From positions 64,001 through 128,000 of the forward strand of contig CAZSKP010000009.1 in NCBI GenBank assembly GCA_964607485.1: a stretch of 64,000 nucleotides of DNA, written 5' to 3'. The DNA is from an uncultured bacterium (GTDB lineage: Bacteria; Abyssobacteria; SURF-5). The notes beneath the pieces were generated by a model. That model saw only the letters and a program-made list of their open reading frames with translations, was not told the DNA's origin and did no database searches. This document shows positions 28,966-39,024 of this stretch, in pieces. Both the position numbers and the translations under genes were made by a program. The first letter of the stretch is position 1, and the number at the start of each line of letters is the position of its first letter.

Positions 28966-30680
28966 TGCGCTGGAGCAAGGCTTACATTCCCACGACCAAA
29001 GAAGACCCCGCCGAGGCGGAGACCGTCAGCCACAAACTGATGCTCCGAAGCGGCATGATAAAGAAGGTGGGCTCGGGCATCTATACGCTCCTCCCGCTCG
29101 GCCTCATCGTGACGCGCAAGGTCGAACAGATCGTCCGCGAGGAAATGAACCGCATCGGAGCGCTCGAGCTGTTCATGCCCGTGCTCAGCCCCGCCGAGCT
29201 GTGGAAGGAAACCGGCCGCTGGAACGTTTACGGCGACGAGCTGATGCGGCTGAAGGACCGCCACAGCCGCGATTTCGTGCTCGGCCCGACACACGAAGAG
29301 GTCATCACCGACCTCGTGCGGGGCCGCGTGCGTTCGTATCGGCAGCTTCCGCTCACGCTCTATCAAATCCAGACGAAGTTCCGCGACGAGATCCGCCCGC
29401 GCTTCGGCGTGGTGCGCGGCCGCGAATTCATCATGAAGGACGCCTACAGCTTCAACCGGGACGAACAGTGCCTGGACAAAACGTACCGGGACATGTACGG
29501 AGCGTACGAGGCGGTCTTCCGCAGGTGCGGCCTGCGGTTCAGGCCGGTGCTGGCCGATTCGGGCGCCATCGGAGGAGACCTCACGCACGAGTTCATGGTG
29601 CTCGCCGACACCGGAGAGTCGCGCGTGATAAGCTGCCCGAGCGACGAATGCGCATACGCCGCCACCGACGAGACGGCGGAATCGATCATAGAAAATTCCG
29701 CTTCCGACGACAAACACCTCCCCCTCTCGGAAGTGCACACGCCCAACATGAAGACCGTCGAGGAAGTGTGCTCGTTCCTCAAGACCGACCCCCGAAGGCT
29801 GGTCAAGACCATCCTCTACAAGGCCGACGGCGAGGTCGCCGGGGCGCTTATCCGTGGCGACCGCGAGATAAGCGAGCCCAAGCTGCGCCGCGCACTGGGG
29901 GTCGATGTGCTGACGATGGCCGATGCGGATACGGTGCGCGGGCTCACGGGCGCGGAGGTCGGTTTCGCCGGACCGGTCGGCCTGAAGGATGTGAAGCTGA
30001 TAGCCGACCGGACCGTCACGAAGATGGCAAACTTCATCACCGGCGCAAACAGGACCGACTACCATCTGACCAACGTCAACTGCAACCGTGATTTCTCGCC
30101 CCAGCTCGTCGATGACATAACGGTCGCCGCCTCGGGCGACAAATGCATCCGCTGCGGCCGCACGCTGACCGAGTATCGCGGCATTGAGGTGGGCCAGGTG
30201 TTCAAGCTGGGAAAGAAATACAGCATCGCAATGAACGCCACGTTCAACGACGAGAACGGCGCGGAGGTGCCGTTCACGATGGGCTGCTACGGAATCGGAA
30301 TCACCCGCACCGTCGCGGCGGCCATCGAGCAGAACCACGATGAGAACGGAATAATATGGCCGCCGTCCATCGCGCCGTACCAGGTGCTCATCACGCCCGT
30401 TGCGGTCGGAGACGAGGCAATAATGTCGGCCGCCGAGCGCATCTACTCGGAGCTCTGCGAAAAGGGCGTCGAAGTTCTACTGGACGACCGCGACGAGAGA
30501 CCAGGCGTGAAGTTCAAGGACGCCGACCTCGTCGGCATCCCGCTCCGCGTCACCGTCGGCTCGCGCGGCCTCAAGCAGGGGAAGGTCGAAATCCGCATAC
30601 GCCGCACCGGCGAAGACCGCGATACGCCGCTCGCAGACGCGGTGGAGAACATCATAAAATTGTTAAGCGAGGTCAATTGA
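28965..30680 (+). CDS. proS: Proline--tRNA ligase
   Basis: PTHEE, KFRDEIRPRFG, REFIMKDAYS, editing insert and GCYGIG. Confidence 0.97.
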   Translation: MRWSKAYIPTTKEDPAEAETVSHKLMLRSGMIKKVGSGIYTLLPLGLIVTRKVEQIVREEMNRIGALELFMPVLSPAELWKETGRWNVYGDELMRLKDRHSRDFVLGPTHEEVITDLVRGRVRSYRQLPLTLYQIQTKFRDEIRPRFGVVRGREFIMKDAYSFNRDEQCLDKTYRDMYGAYEAVFRRCGLRFRPVLADSGAIGGDLTHEFMVLADTGESRVISCPSDECAYAATDETAESIIENSASDDKHLPLSEVHTPNMKTVEEVCSFLKTDPRRLVKTILYKADGEVAGALIRGDREISEPKLRRALGVDVLTMADADTVRGLTGAEVGFAGPVGLKDVKLIADRTVTKMANFITGANRTDYHLTNVNCNRDFSPQLVDDITVAASGDKCIRCGRTLTEYRGIEVGQVFKLGKKYSIAMNATFNDENGAEVPFTMGCYGIGITRTVAAAIEQNHDENGIIWPPSIAPYQVLITPVAVGDEAIMSAAERIYSELCEKGVEVLLDDRDERPGVKFKDADLVGIPLRVTVGSRGLKQGKVEIRIRRTGEDRDTPLADAVENIIKLLSEVN

Positions 30681-33349
30681 TGCAGAAGACGATTCCAAAA
30701 GTGTATGACCCCCATGCGGTCGAAGAGAAATGGTACCGGCGCTGGGTCGACAGGGGTCTCTTCCACTCCGAGCCCGACCCGAAAAGGAACCCCTATTGCA
30801 TCGTCATCCCTCCGCCGAACGTGACCGCCGAACTGCACATGGGGCACGCATATAACAATACCATCCAGGACATCTTCATACGGTACCATCGGATGCGCGG
30901 CGACGAAACCATGTGGATGCCCGGCACCGACCACGCCGGCATCGCGACGCAGAACGTCGTCGAGCGCAGCTTGGCGAAGGAGGAAGGGCTGACGCGGCAC
31001 GACCTAGGCCGGGAGGAATTCGTCGAGCGCGTGTGGCGGTGGCGTGAGAAATACGGCTCGACCATCATCTCCCAGCTCAAGCGCCTCGGCTGCTCATGCG
31101 ACTGGGACCGCGAGCGATTCACAATGGACGAGGGCCTGTCGAAGGCCGTCATCGAGGTGTTCGTGAGGCTGTACGAGAAGGGATTGGTCTATCGGGGCAC
31201 GTACATAATCAACTGGTGTCCTCGCTGCCACACCGCTCTCAGCGACGAGGAGGCACTCCACCAGGAGCATGAGGGAAGCTTGTGGCACGTCCGGTATCCC
31301 ATAAAGGGCGGCGACGGGTTCGTCGTCGTCGCGACCACCCGGCCGGAGACGATGCTCGGCGACACGGCTGTGGCCGTTAACCCGGCCGACGAGCGCCATC
31401 GCGGACTTGTGGGCAAGGCCGCCGTCCTGCCGGTCATAGGCCGCGAGCTGCCGATAATCGCGGACGAGTACGTGGACCCGTCATTCGGGACGGGAGTGGT
31501 CAAGGTCACGCCGGCGCACGACCCGAACGACTACCTTATCGGACAGAGGCACAATCTTCCGTCCGTCAACATACTCAACGAGGACGCCACCCTGAACGAA
31601 AATGCCGGCCCGTACAAAGGCTACGACAGGTTCAAGTGCCGCGAGGAGTTGGTGGAACAGCTCAAGGCGGAGGGGCTGCTCGAAAAAGTCGAGCGGCACA
31701 CTCACGCCGTTGCGCACTGCCAGCGGTGCGACACGATTCTGGAGCCCTTCCTGTCCGAGCAGTGGTTCGTAAAGACCAAGCCGCTCGCCGAACCTGCGCT
31801 CAAGGCGGTCACGGACGGCCGCATCAAGTTCTACCCCGAGAAATGGACGAAGGTGTACGTGGGCTGGATGGAAAACATCCGCGACTGGTGCATCTCGCGC
31901 CAGTTGTGGTGGGGGCATCGCATACCCGTCTATTACTGCGACCAGTGCGGCCACATGATGGTCAGGCGCGACGCGCCGGAAGAGTGCGAGAAGTGTTCGT
32001 CGCGCAAGATTCTGCAGGATGAGGACGTGCTCGACACGTGGTTCTCCTCGTGGCTCTGGCCGTTCAGCACGATGGGCTGGCCCGACAAGACGCCCGAGCT
32101 CGATTATTACTATCCCACCCAGCTCCTCGTCACTGCGGCCGAGATAATCTTCTTCTGGGTGGCCAGAATGATCATGGCGGGAATGGAATTCATGGGCGAC
32201 ATCCCGTTCTCCGACGTGTACATCAACGGGACGGTTCGGGACGAAATCGGCCGAAAAATGAGCAAATCCCTCGGCAACGGCATCGACCCTCTGCTCATGA
32301 TAGACAGATACAGTGCCGACGCCGTCCGGTTTTCTCTTATGATGCTGGCCTCGGAGGGACAGGACCTGAACCTTTCCGAAAGCCGCTTCGAGATGGGCCG
32401 AAACTTCTCGAACAAGATATGGAACGCTTACCGCTTTCTCGCGCTCAGCGCGGGCGACCTCCCCTCCGGCCCGAGGCCGACCGACGTGGCCGACCTGCCC
32501 GAGGAGGAACTCGCCGACCGATGGATAAAGAGCCGATACTACCGCACCGTCAGAACGGTCACCGACGGCCTCGAACAGTACCGGCTGCACGAAGCGATAA
32601 CGTCCATTTATGATTTCTTCTGGCACGACTACTGCGACTGGTACCTGGAACTTATCAAGGGGCGCGCAAGCGGCGACGCCGGCCCGGAGTCGAGGTCGGC
32701 CGCGCTGGAACTGGCCGCCGGCCTGATGGAAGGCTCGATGGCGCTGCTGCACCCGTTCATGCCGTTCCTCACAGAGGAAATATGGCAGAACCTCGACAAC
32801 CACGACGAAGCCGACAGCATCATGGTGAGCCCGTGGCCTTCCGGACGCGACGAGGCCGTCGACGCCGACATCGAGGCCCGAATGCAGGTGCTCCAGGACA
32901 CGGTCAACGCGATACGCAACATCCGGGGCGAGATGAGCGTGCCGCCGGGCAAGAAGATTCGGGTAGTCCTCAAGGTTGCCGACGAACAAACCGCCCGCCT
33001 GCTGGACACACATGGCCACTACATCGGCACGCTCGCGCGCACCGAAGAGATTACCATCGCACCGTCCCCGAAAATCCCGAAACCTGCGGCGCGGGCGTTT
33101 CTGCCCGGCATCGAAGTGCATGTCCCGCTCGCGGGAATCATAGACATCGCCAAGGAAGAGGCGCGACTGAAAAAAGAGCTTGGCCGCGTGGAGGCCGAAA
33201 TCGCCGCCAACGACTCGAAGCTCGCGAACAAGAAGTTCCTTTCCAAGGCTCCGGAACATGTCGTCCGGTCCACACGCGAGAAGAGGGAAGAGTTGGTCCA
33301 GAAGGCTGAAAAAATCAAGCACAGCCTCGACCAACTGCATGAATCGTAG
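30680..33349 (+). CDS. valS: Valine--tRNA ligase
   Basis: PPPNVT..LHMGH, TTRPET, WCISRQLWWGH and KMSKS. Confidence 0.97.
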   Translation: MQKTIPKVYDPHAVEEKWYRRWVDRGLFHSEPDPKRNPYCIVIPPPNVTAELHMGHAYNNTIQDIFIRYHRMRGDETMWMPGTDHAGIATQNVVERSLAKEEGLTRHDLGREEFVERVWRWREKYGSTIISQLKRLGCSCDWDRERFTMDEGLSKAVIEVFVRLYEKGLVYRGTYIINWCPRCHTALSDEEALHQEHEGSLWHVRYPIKGGDGFVVVATTRPETMLGDTAVAVNPADERHRGLVGKAAVLPVIGRELPIIADEYVDPSFGTGVVKVTPAHDPNDYLIGQRHNLPSVNILNEDATLNENAGPYKGYDRFKCREELVEQLKAEGLLEKVERHTHAVAHCQRCDTILEPFLSEQWFVKTKPLAEPALKAVTDGRIKFYPEKWTKVYVGWMENIRDWCISRQLWWGHRIPVYYCDQCGHMMVRRDAPEECEKCSSRKILQDEDVLDTWFSSWLWPFSTMGWPDKTPELDYYYPTQLLVTAAEIIFFWVARMIMAGMEFMGDIPFSDVYINGTVRDEIGRKMSKSLGNGIDPLLMIDRYSADAVRFSLMMLASEGQDLNLSESRFEMGRNFSNKIWNAYRFLALSAGDLPSGPRPTDVADLPEEELADRWIKSRYYRTVRTVTDGLEQYRLHEAITSIYDFFWHDYCDWYLELIKGRASGDAGPESRSAALELAAGLMEGSMALLHPFMPFLTEEIWQNLDNHDEADSIMVSPWPSGRDEAVDADIEARMQVLQDTVNAIRNIRGEMSVPPGKKIRVVLKVADEQTARLLDTHGHYIGTLARTEEITIAPSPKIPKPAARAFLPGIEVHVPLAGIIDIAKEEARLKKELGRVEAEIAANDSKLANKKFLSKAPEHVVRSTREKREELVQKAEKIKHSLDQLHES

Positions 33350-33409
33350 CGCTGCGGCTTATGCGGCGGAGGGTGTGCAGCGTCCTTAGGGGGATGCGTC
33401 GGACAGAGG

Positions 33410-33952
33410 GTGATAAAGATGAAGACCGAATGCGTACGATGCCACAAGGAGATAGACACGGTCCAAGGATACAAATTCAGCGCGACCGAGTACCTGTGTA
33501 TGGCCTGCTATGACGCATACAAGGCCGAGCGCGCCGCAAGGGCCAGGAAACAACACAAGAACCCCCTGATCGATCAGTTCGGAACCGAAACCGCCGCGCC
33601 GCCCGCCCCGCAGCAAACACGCCCGCCAGTCGCTCCGAAACCCCAGCCGCCTCCCGAACCCGCGCCGCCGCCTGCGGCCCCGCAACCGCCACCCGCTCAG
33701 CCGGCGCCTGAGCCCGTCCGCGCCGCTGCTCCCGCCGCCGAGCCCCCAAAGCCGCCTCCTGCGCAACCGACGCCTGGGGCGGAGGTGTGCGACGTCTGCA
33801 AGAAGCCCCTGTCGGACTTCAAGGTTCCGCTCAAGGGCGGCAAGAAAGTCTGCTGGGACTGCAACGGCGTCCTGCGCGAGGTCGCAAAATCTCTCATCCT
33901 CAATATTCAATGCCCCCACTGCGGCAAAGAAATCCAGATGGCGCAGGACTGA
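33410..33952 (+). CDS. Hypothetical multi-CxxC (zinc-binding) protein with a Pro/Ala-rich linker
   Basis: CVRC..CMAC, a Pro-rich stretch, then CDVC..CWDC..CPHC. Confidence 0.75.
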   Translation: MIKMKTECVRCHKEIDTVQGYKFSATEYLCMACYDAYKAERAARARKQHKNPLIDQFGTETAAPPAPQQTRPPVAPKPQPPPEPAPPPAAPQPPPAQPAPEPVRAAAPAAEPPKPPPAQPTPGAEVCDVCKKPLSDFKVPLKGGKKVCWDCNGVLREVAKSLILNIQCPHCGKEIQMAQD

Positions 33953-33981
33953 TGCGTCCCCGCCCCGCAGCTTAGCGCCGC

Positions 33982-34827
33982 CTACTGGCCGCCCGGACGA
34001 TGCCCCTGCATCCGCGCAAGCACCCGCCCGAGAGTCGGAATGCCCTCGGTTCCCTCTTTCTCGCACACGAACGATGCCGCGCAACATGCGAAATCCGCCG
34101 CCTGGACGGCGTCGCCGCATTCGCGATACCTGACGAGAAACGCCGCGGCAAACACGTCGCCCGCACCCGTCGGGTCGATCTCTTCTATCTCATAGGCGGG
34201 CACGTGTATCCTCTTGCGTTCGGTGAAAAGGTCGGCCCCGCGGCTGGATTGCGTGACTATCACAATCGGCGCGAGGCTCGCGATCTCTTCCGCAAACGCG
34301 TAGGGCTCATCCAGGTCGAGCTCGCTGAACACAACCGCGTCGACATGAGCAACCACGTCCGCGGCGTCCGCCCATTTCTTCTTCCTCACCCGCCCGGCTT
34401 CGTCCCATTTCCGCAGCCAGCCTTGCGCGCCGATTCCGATGAGCGAATTGGGAAAGCGCCCGACGACATCGGGCATGATTTCATCCGCGACCGGGCAGAG
34501 GTACACGATGTCCGCATTCGTCCAATGGTCGGGGATATGGGCGGCGCGAATGGAGGGGGCGACGTCGGTTACAAACTGCTCGCGGACTCCGTCGCGATAT
34601 ATGTTTCTAAACGTCGTCGTTGTCGGCGAACCGATATTCTCAATGGAAATACCCTGAAAGGCTTCTCCAAACGGAAAGTCGTCGGCGACCGCCGTCACGA
34701 CACCGACGGCATGACTCAAGCCTCTGGCGGTAAGGCTCGCGTAAGAAGCGGAACCGCCAACTATCCGGCGGCCATTTACTACGTCGCAGCAAAGGTGTCC
34801 GACCGTCAGGAAATTGGGAGAATTCAC
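33982..34827 (-). CDS. PfkB family carbohydrate kinase
   Basis: GGSASYAS and DPTGAGDVFAA; GTG start at 34827 with GGAGG. Confidence 0.88.
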   Translation of the reverse strand: MNSPNFLTVGHLCCDVVNGRRIVGGSASYASLTARGLSHAVGVVTAVADDFPFGEAFQGISIENIGSPTTTTFRNIYRDGVREQFVTDVAPSIRAAHIPDHWTNADIVYLCPVADEIMPDVVGRFPNSLIGIGAQGWLRKWDEAGRVRKKKWADAADVVAHVDAVVFSELDLDEPYAFAEEIASLAPIVIVTQSSRGADLFTERKRIHVPAYEIEEIDPTGAGDVFAAAFLVRYRECGDAVQAADFACCAASFVCEKEGTEGIPTLGRVLARMQGHRPGGQ

Positions 34828-34855
34828 AAACGCCTCCGGGGTGACCGAGCCGTGA

Positions 34856-35521
34856 TCAGGGTTTGGTTTTCGCGTCGGAGGTGGCGAGCTCTTCGCCCTC
34901 GGACCGAGCGGAACTCGGCGCTTCGGACTCCTGCCGGAGTTGGGCGCGCACATAGAGCAGACGCTGGATAACGGTCAGATGGGTGAGTATGGCGAGCACC
35001 CAGAGCGCCCCAATGTCAAAGCCGATTATGAGTCCCCCCGCAAAGATGATCACGCGTTCCGCCCTTTCGGCGATGCCGACATCGCACTTTTCAACGAGCG
35101 GCTCCGCCCTGGCTCTGACATATGGGACCAATAACGAGCCCAGAATCACGACACCGCACAGCGCCATCCCTCCGAACCGCATTTCTCCGGTGGGATGCCA
35201 CCCTGAGTAATAGAGCGACAGGCCGAGGATGGGAAGAATGTCGGAATATCGGTCCAGGGTGGAATCGAGCACAGTGCCGAATCGACTCTGTCTTCCCACA
35301 ACGCGTGCGAGCGCGCCGTCGAGGAGGTCGAACAGTCCTCCCATCAGCACGAGGACGCCGCCCACGACAAAATGTCCGTAAACGAGCGTGAACGCCGCCA
35401 CGAGGTTCGTGACGGCTCCCGCTACGGTCAGCATGTTCGGCGAGACGCCCAACGCGGCAAGTCCTCGCGCCAGGGGCGCCAGGGGCTTATCGAGCCTATG
35501 ATTCAGCTTCTTACTGAGCAT
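34856..35521 (-). CDS. CDP-alcohol phosphatidyltransferase family protein
   Basis: SPNMLT and DLLDGALAR......FG..LDS..DRYSD signature. Confidence 0.92.
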   Translation of the reverse strand: MLSKKLNHRLDKPLAPLARGLAALGVSPNMLTVAGAVTNLVAAFTLVYGHFVVGGVLVLMGGLFDLLDGALARVVGRQSRFGTVLDSTLDRYSDILPILGLSLYYSGWHPTGEMRFGGMALCGVVILGSLLVPYVRARAEPLVEKCDVGIAERAERVIIFAGGLIIGFDIGALWVLAILTHLTVIQRLLYVRAQLRQESEAPSSARSEGEELATSDAKTKP

Positions 35522-35702
35522 GTTCTCGCACCGACCGAATTTGCCATGAACGCGCGCAACGGACCGGGAGACGACAACGAGCGTCCGAGGCTGCCGGGCC
35601 TAAACCCGCGATTGCACCTGCTCTTTCATGCTAGCAGAAGAAGACGTGGCAAATCAAGGACACAGCCGTGAAGAAACCGACGCCGACCGCGAAACTTCGC
35701 GC

Positions 35703-37067
35703 TCAGACGGTCGATTCCGTCGGGATATAGAGTATGTGGCCGCATTCCTTGCATCTGGCTTTTCTGCCGGCGAGCGACGCCTTCACGGTGTACCGTTTTC
35801 CGCATCCGTCGCAGTCAAACTGAATTGTTTCGGAACCGCTGTCGGTCTCTTTCGTCGTCAACCGCATCGCCTCTTCTTCATCGCCCGGCTTGGTCTGTTC
35901 GCGCTGCAATTCCCTGCGGGGCGATGCAGCGCCTGTTCCGGCGGGCGCTTTGGCCGGCCTCTGCCACGGCCTCGTCCGGTCCAGAGCCCAAACCCCAACA
36001 AGCACCGCAAAAACGCTGACAATCAGCAGCACCACATTATGGGCGATCATGGAAACGAGCATGACGACCAGCGACAGGGCCAACGCCGCCAAGAACATCG
36101 CAGGCCATACGACCGTCCGGCCCGCACCGCCCAGCGCGGGAACGAAATTGAGGGCGGCATTGACAGGGCCGAAGAACAGACAAAGGCCGACCCACATCAT
36201 GAGGAAGCCGGCAATTCGAGGAAGCCCCTTGCTGACACGATGTTCGGACGCCATTTGCGCGATGGCCGCCTCGCGGGGCGCTGCGATCGCCCGAAAAAAA
36301 CGCCTCTTTCCTTTGTAGAAGTAAGGCTCTACAGCGTCACCGTTCAACTTCCCAAACAGGGTGACCGTCGTGCCCGACTTGACCCCGGTGTAACTTATCC
36401 GAAGATTGCCGATGTCCGGAGCCCGCAGGGTCCCCTTGCCGACGAATATGTAATCGCCGTCGAGACGCGCATTGACGGACGGAATAAAGGCTTTCCTGGT
36501 AATCGGAACGGGAGAAGGGAGAGGCAGCCTCAAGGATTGCGGGTTACAGCGATAAGCGCCCACGGACGCCTCGCGAACAAAGAAGGACTGATCTTTCACG
36601 GACGGCGCCGGATTTTCATGACCCTCCGGATACTGGAACAAGCTGGATTTCGGAGGATCATCGCACCACTCCTTATCGTATGAATCCGTTGTTTCAGCGT
36701 CTTGCCCGCCCTCTGTTTTTTTCTGTGCCTCGCCGGGCTTGCGTTCCACCCATGAATACATTTCAACTTTCCGGTAGAGCGCAATATAGGGACCGTATTC
36801 CAAGAACCACGGGTCCCCGATGGCCTTTGCGGATTTGAGCTCGCCGGTGACCGAAATGAATGTGCCGTCTGCCGCGGGATCGACGGTTTCGGCGTTCACG
36901 GCTCTGCTCGTCCCGGCCACTTTCGTCATGTCGATACGGCCTTCGTTCCACCAGAGCAAGACGAATGAGGCCAGGAGCAGAACAAGCCCGATAGCGACTT
37001 CCTTTATAGATCCGATGATGTTTCGGACAAACCCCGTCTCGCGAGTGTCAGTGAATCGATCACCCAT
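35703..37067 (-). CDS. TMEM43/DUF1625 family membrane protein with a C-terminal zinc ribbon
   Basis: LLWWNEGR, LYRKVEMYSWVE, Y.KEW, GHENP and PDIGNLRISY; C-terminal CDGC...CKEC. Confidence 0.8.
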   Translation of the reverse strand: MGDRFTDTRETGFVRNIIGSIKEVAIGLVLLLASFVLLWWNEGRIDMTKVAGTSRAVNAETVDPAADGTFISVTGELKSAKAIGDPWFLEYGPYIALYRKVEMYSWVERKPGEAQKKTEGGQDAETTDSYDKEWCDDPPKSSLFQYPEGHENPAPSVKDQSFFVREASVGAYRCNPQSLRLPLPSPVPITRKAFIPSVNARLDGDYIFVGKGTLRAPDIGNLRISYTGVKSGTTVTLFGKLNGDAVEPYFYKGKRRFFRAIAAPREAAIAQMASEHRVSKGLPRIAGFLMMWVGLCLFFGPVNAALNFVPALGGAGRTVVWPAMFLAALALSLVVMLVSMIAHNVVLLIVSVFAVLVGVWALDRTRPWQRPAKAPAGTGAASPRRELQREQTKPGDEEEAMRLTTKETDSGSETIQFDCDGCGKRYTVKASLAGRKARCKECGHILYIPTESTV

Positions 37068-37222
37068 GCGGAGTCCCCCTCCTAAGTGGAACGATTCAGA
37101 CTCTGAGAGAACTATATTGTCAAGATATCGAAAATCGAGTTCAGTAAGAGCCGACGGCCCCTATCGGACGACACCACCTCCCCCGACATTTTGGCCGCAC
37201 GGCCTGCTCATCGGGCGCGCTT

Positions 37223-38833
37223 CTACTCCGCCCTCGGTCCGGCCGCCAGCACCTCGGGCGTCACGTCTGCTGCAAATTCGGCGAAGTTGCTCCGGAATCT
37301 GGCTGCGAGGTTCCGGGCCGCCTCATCGTACGCCTTGGGGTCCTTCCACGTGCTGCGCGGCTCGAGTATGTCGCTCGGCACGTCGGGACACGACGTCGGC
37401 ACGTGGAGGGAGAAGACGGGGTCCTCCCTCGTCGGCGCCTGTTCAAGCCTTCCGTCGAGTATCGCGCTGATGATGGCGCGCGTGAAAGCTATGCTGACCC
37501 GCTTTCCGACGCCGTACGGCCCTCCTATCCACCCTGTATTCACCAGCCAGCACGATACGCCGTGGCGGTCGATCTTTTCCCCGAGAAGCTTGCCGTACAC
37601 GGCCGGCGGAAGCGCCATGAACGGAGCGCCGAAGCACGCGCTGAACGTGGCCTCGGGCTCTGCGCCGAGGCCGCTCTCCGTGCCGGCCACCTTCGCGGTG
37701 TAGCCGGAGAGGAAGTGGTAGATCGCCTGGTCCTTCGTGAGCTTCGCCACGGGCGGCATGATGCCGAACGCGTCGCACGTGAGCATTATCACAATGTTCG
37801 GGAGTCCGGCCCTGCCGGAACGTATCGCGCCCTCGATGTGCGGGATCGGGTACGCCGCGCGAGTGTTCTCGGTGAACATCGCGTCGTTGAGGTCGACACG
37901 CCGCGTCTGGGGATTTATGGTCACATTCTCGAGGATCGTTCCGAACTTTCTCGTGCACTCATATATCTGCGGCTCCGCCTCGGAGGAGAGCCGTATCACC
38001 TTTGCGTAGCAGCCGCCCTCGAAGTTGAAGATCCCCTCTTCGCTCCAGCCGTGCTCGTCGTCGCCCAACAGCCGCCTCTGCGGGTCGGCGGAGAGCGTCG
38101 TCTTTCCCGTTCCCGACAGCCCGAAAAAGAGCGCCACGTCTCCTTTAGAGCCCACGTTCGCCGAGCAGTGCATCGACAGAACCTTCTCGAGAGGCAGCAG
38201 GTAGTTCAAGACAGTGAAGACAGATTTCTTGATCTCTCCCGCGTAACTCGTTCCTCCGATGAGAATCAGTTTTCTCCCGAAGTTCACCAGGATGAACGCT
38301 TCGGAGTTCGTCCCATCGACCTCTGGGATTGCGTGAAATTGGGGGCCTGAGAGGATGGTAAACCTCGGCTCGTGCGTTCGGAGTTCCTCGGGGTCGTGAA
38401 TCTGCACGAAAAGGTTTCTGGCGAAAAGGTTTTGCCACGCGGTCACGGTGATTATGCGGATGGGGACACGATACCGGGGGTCCGCGCCGGCGTAGCAGTC
38501 TTGCACGTAAAGGTCCCGGCCCTGCACGTATGCCTGAAGCCGGAGAAAAAGCGCGTCGAAGTGCGCGACGTCGAACGGCCGGTTCGTCTTGCCCCACCAG
38601 ATTGCCGACTCGGTCGAAGGCTCGCGCACGATGAAGCGATCCTTGGGCGAACGTCCCGTGTGGTGTCCCGTTCGCACGACGAGCGGGCCGAGATGCGCGA
38701 TGGTTCCCTCTCTTCTGCGAACCACTTCCTCGTAAAGAGCCGCCGTGGAAAGGTTCCAAAAAACCGTCCCCAGGTTACGAAACCCGTGTTTGTCAAGCCC
38801 GTAATGACGAGCGCCGGTTTCGACCGCCTCCAT
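37223..38833 (-). CDS. pckA: Phosphoenolpyruvate carboxykinase (ATP)
   Basis: TGRSPKD, YAGEIKK, GLSGTGKTTLS, GDDEHGW and NFEGGCYAK. Confidence 0.97.
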   Translation of the reverse strand: MEAVETGARHYGLDKHGFRNLGTVFWNLSTAALYEEVVRRREGTIAHLGPLVVRTGHHTGRSPKDRFIVREPSTESAIWWGKTNRPFDVAHFDALFLRLQAYVQGRDLYVQDCYAGADPRYRVPIRIITVTAWQNLFARNLFVQIHDPEELRTHEPRFTILSGPQFHAIPEVDGTNSEAFILVNFGRKLILIGGTSYAGEIKKSVFTVLNYLLPLEKVLSMHCSANVGSKGDVALFFGLSGTGKTTLSADPQRRLLGDDEHGWSEEGIFNFEGGCYAKVIRLSSEAEPQIYECTRKFGTILENVTINPQTRRVDLNDAMFTENTRAAYPIPHIEGAIRSGRAGLPNIVIMLTCDAFGIMPPVAKLTKDQAIYHFLSGYTAKVAGTESGLGAEPEATFSACFGAPFMALPPAVYGKLLGEKIDRHGVSCWLVNTGWIGGPYGVGKRVSIAFTRAIISAILDGRLEQAPTREDPVFSLHVPTSCPDVPSDILEPRSTWKDPKAYDEAARNLAARFRSNFAEFAADVTPEVLAAGPRAE

Positions 38834-39024
38834 AAATTACCTCCCGTGCGGCGCGGTTTCTTACACGCCGCCAATCTCTGCGCCGCTTCCCGCGGCGATT
38901 GCGAATCCACCCTGGAGCTTCGTCCTACCCACCCCCACGCATCGGCAGATGAGTCTTCATTTATTTTTACTATATTATATTTGTCTCTCAGATTTGTCCA
39001 TCCCGTTCGTGTTTGAAAGAATCA

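Noticed and set aside
28935-33340. Minus-strand ORFs of 467 and 619 aa
   Set aside because: They are shadows of proS and valS
33590-33780. C-rich quasi-repeats
   Set aside because: They are explained by Pro/Ala codons of the linker and do not form a DNA repeat array
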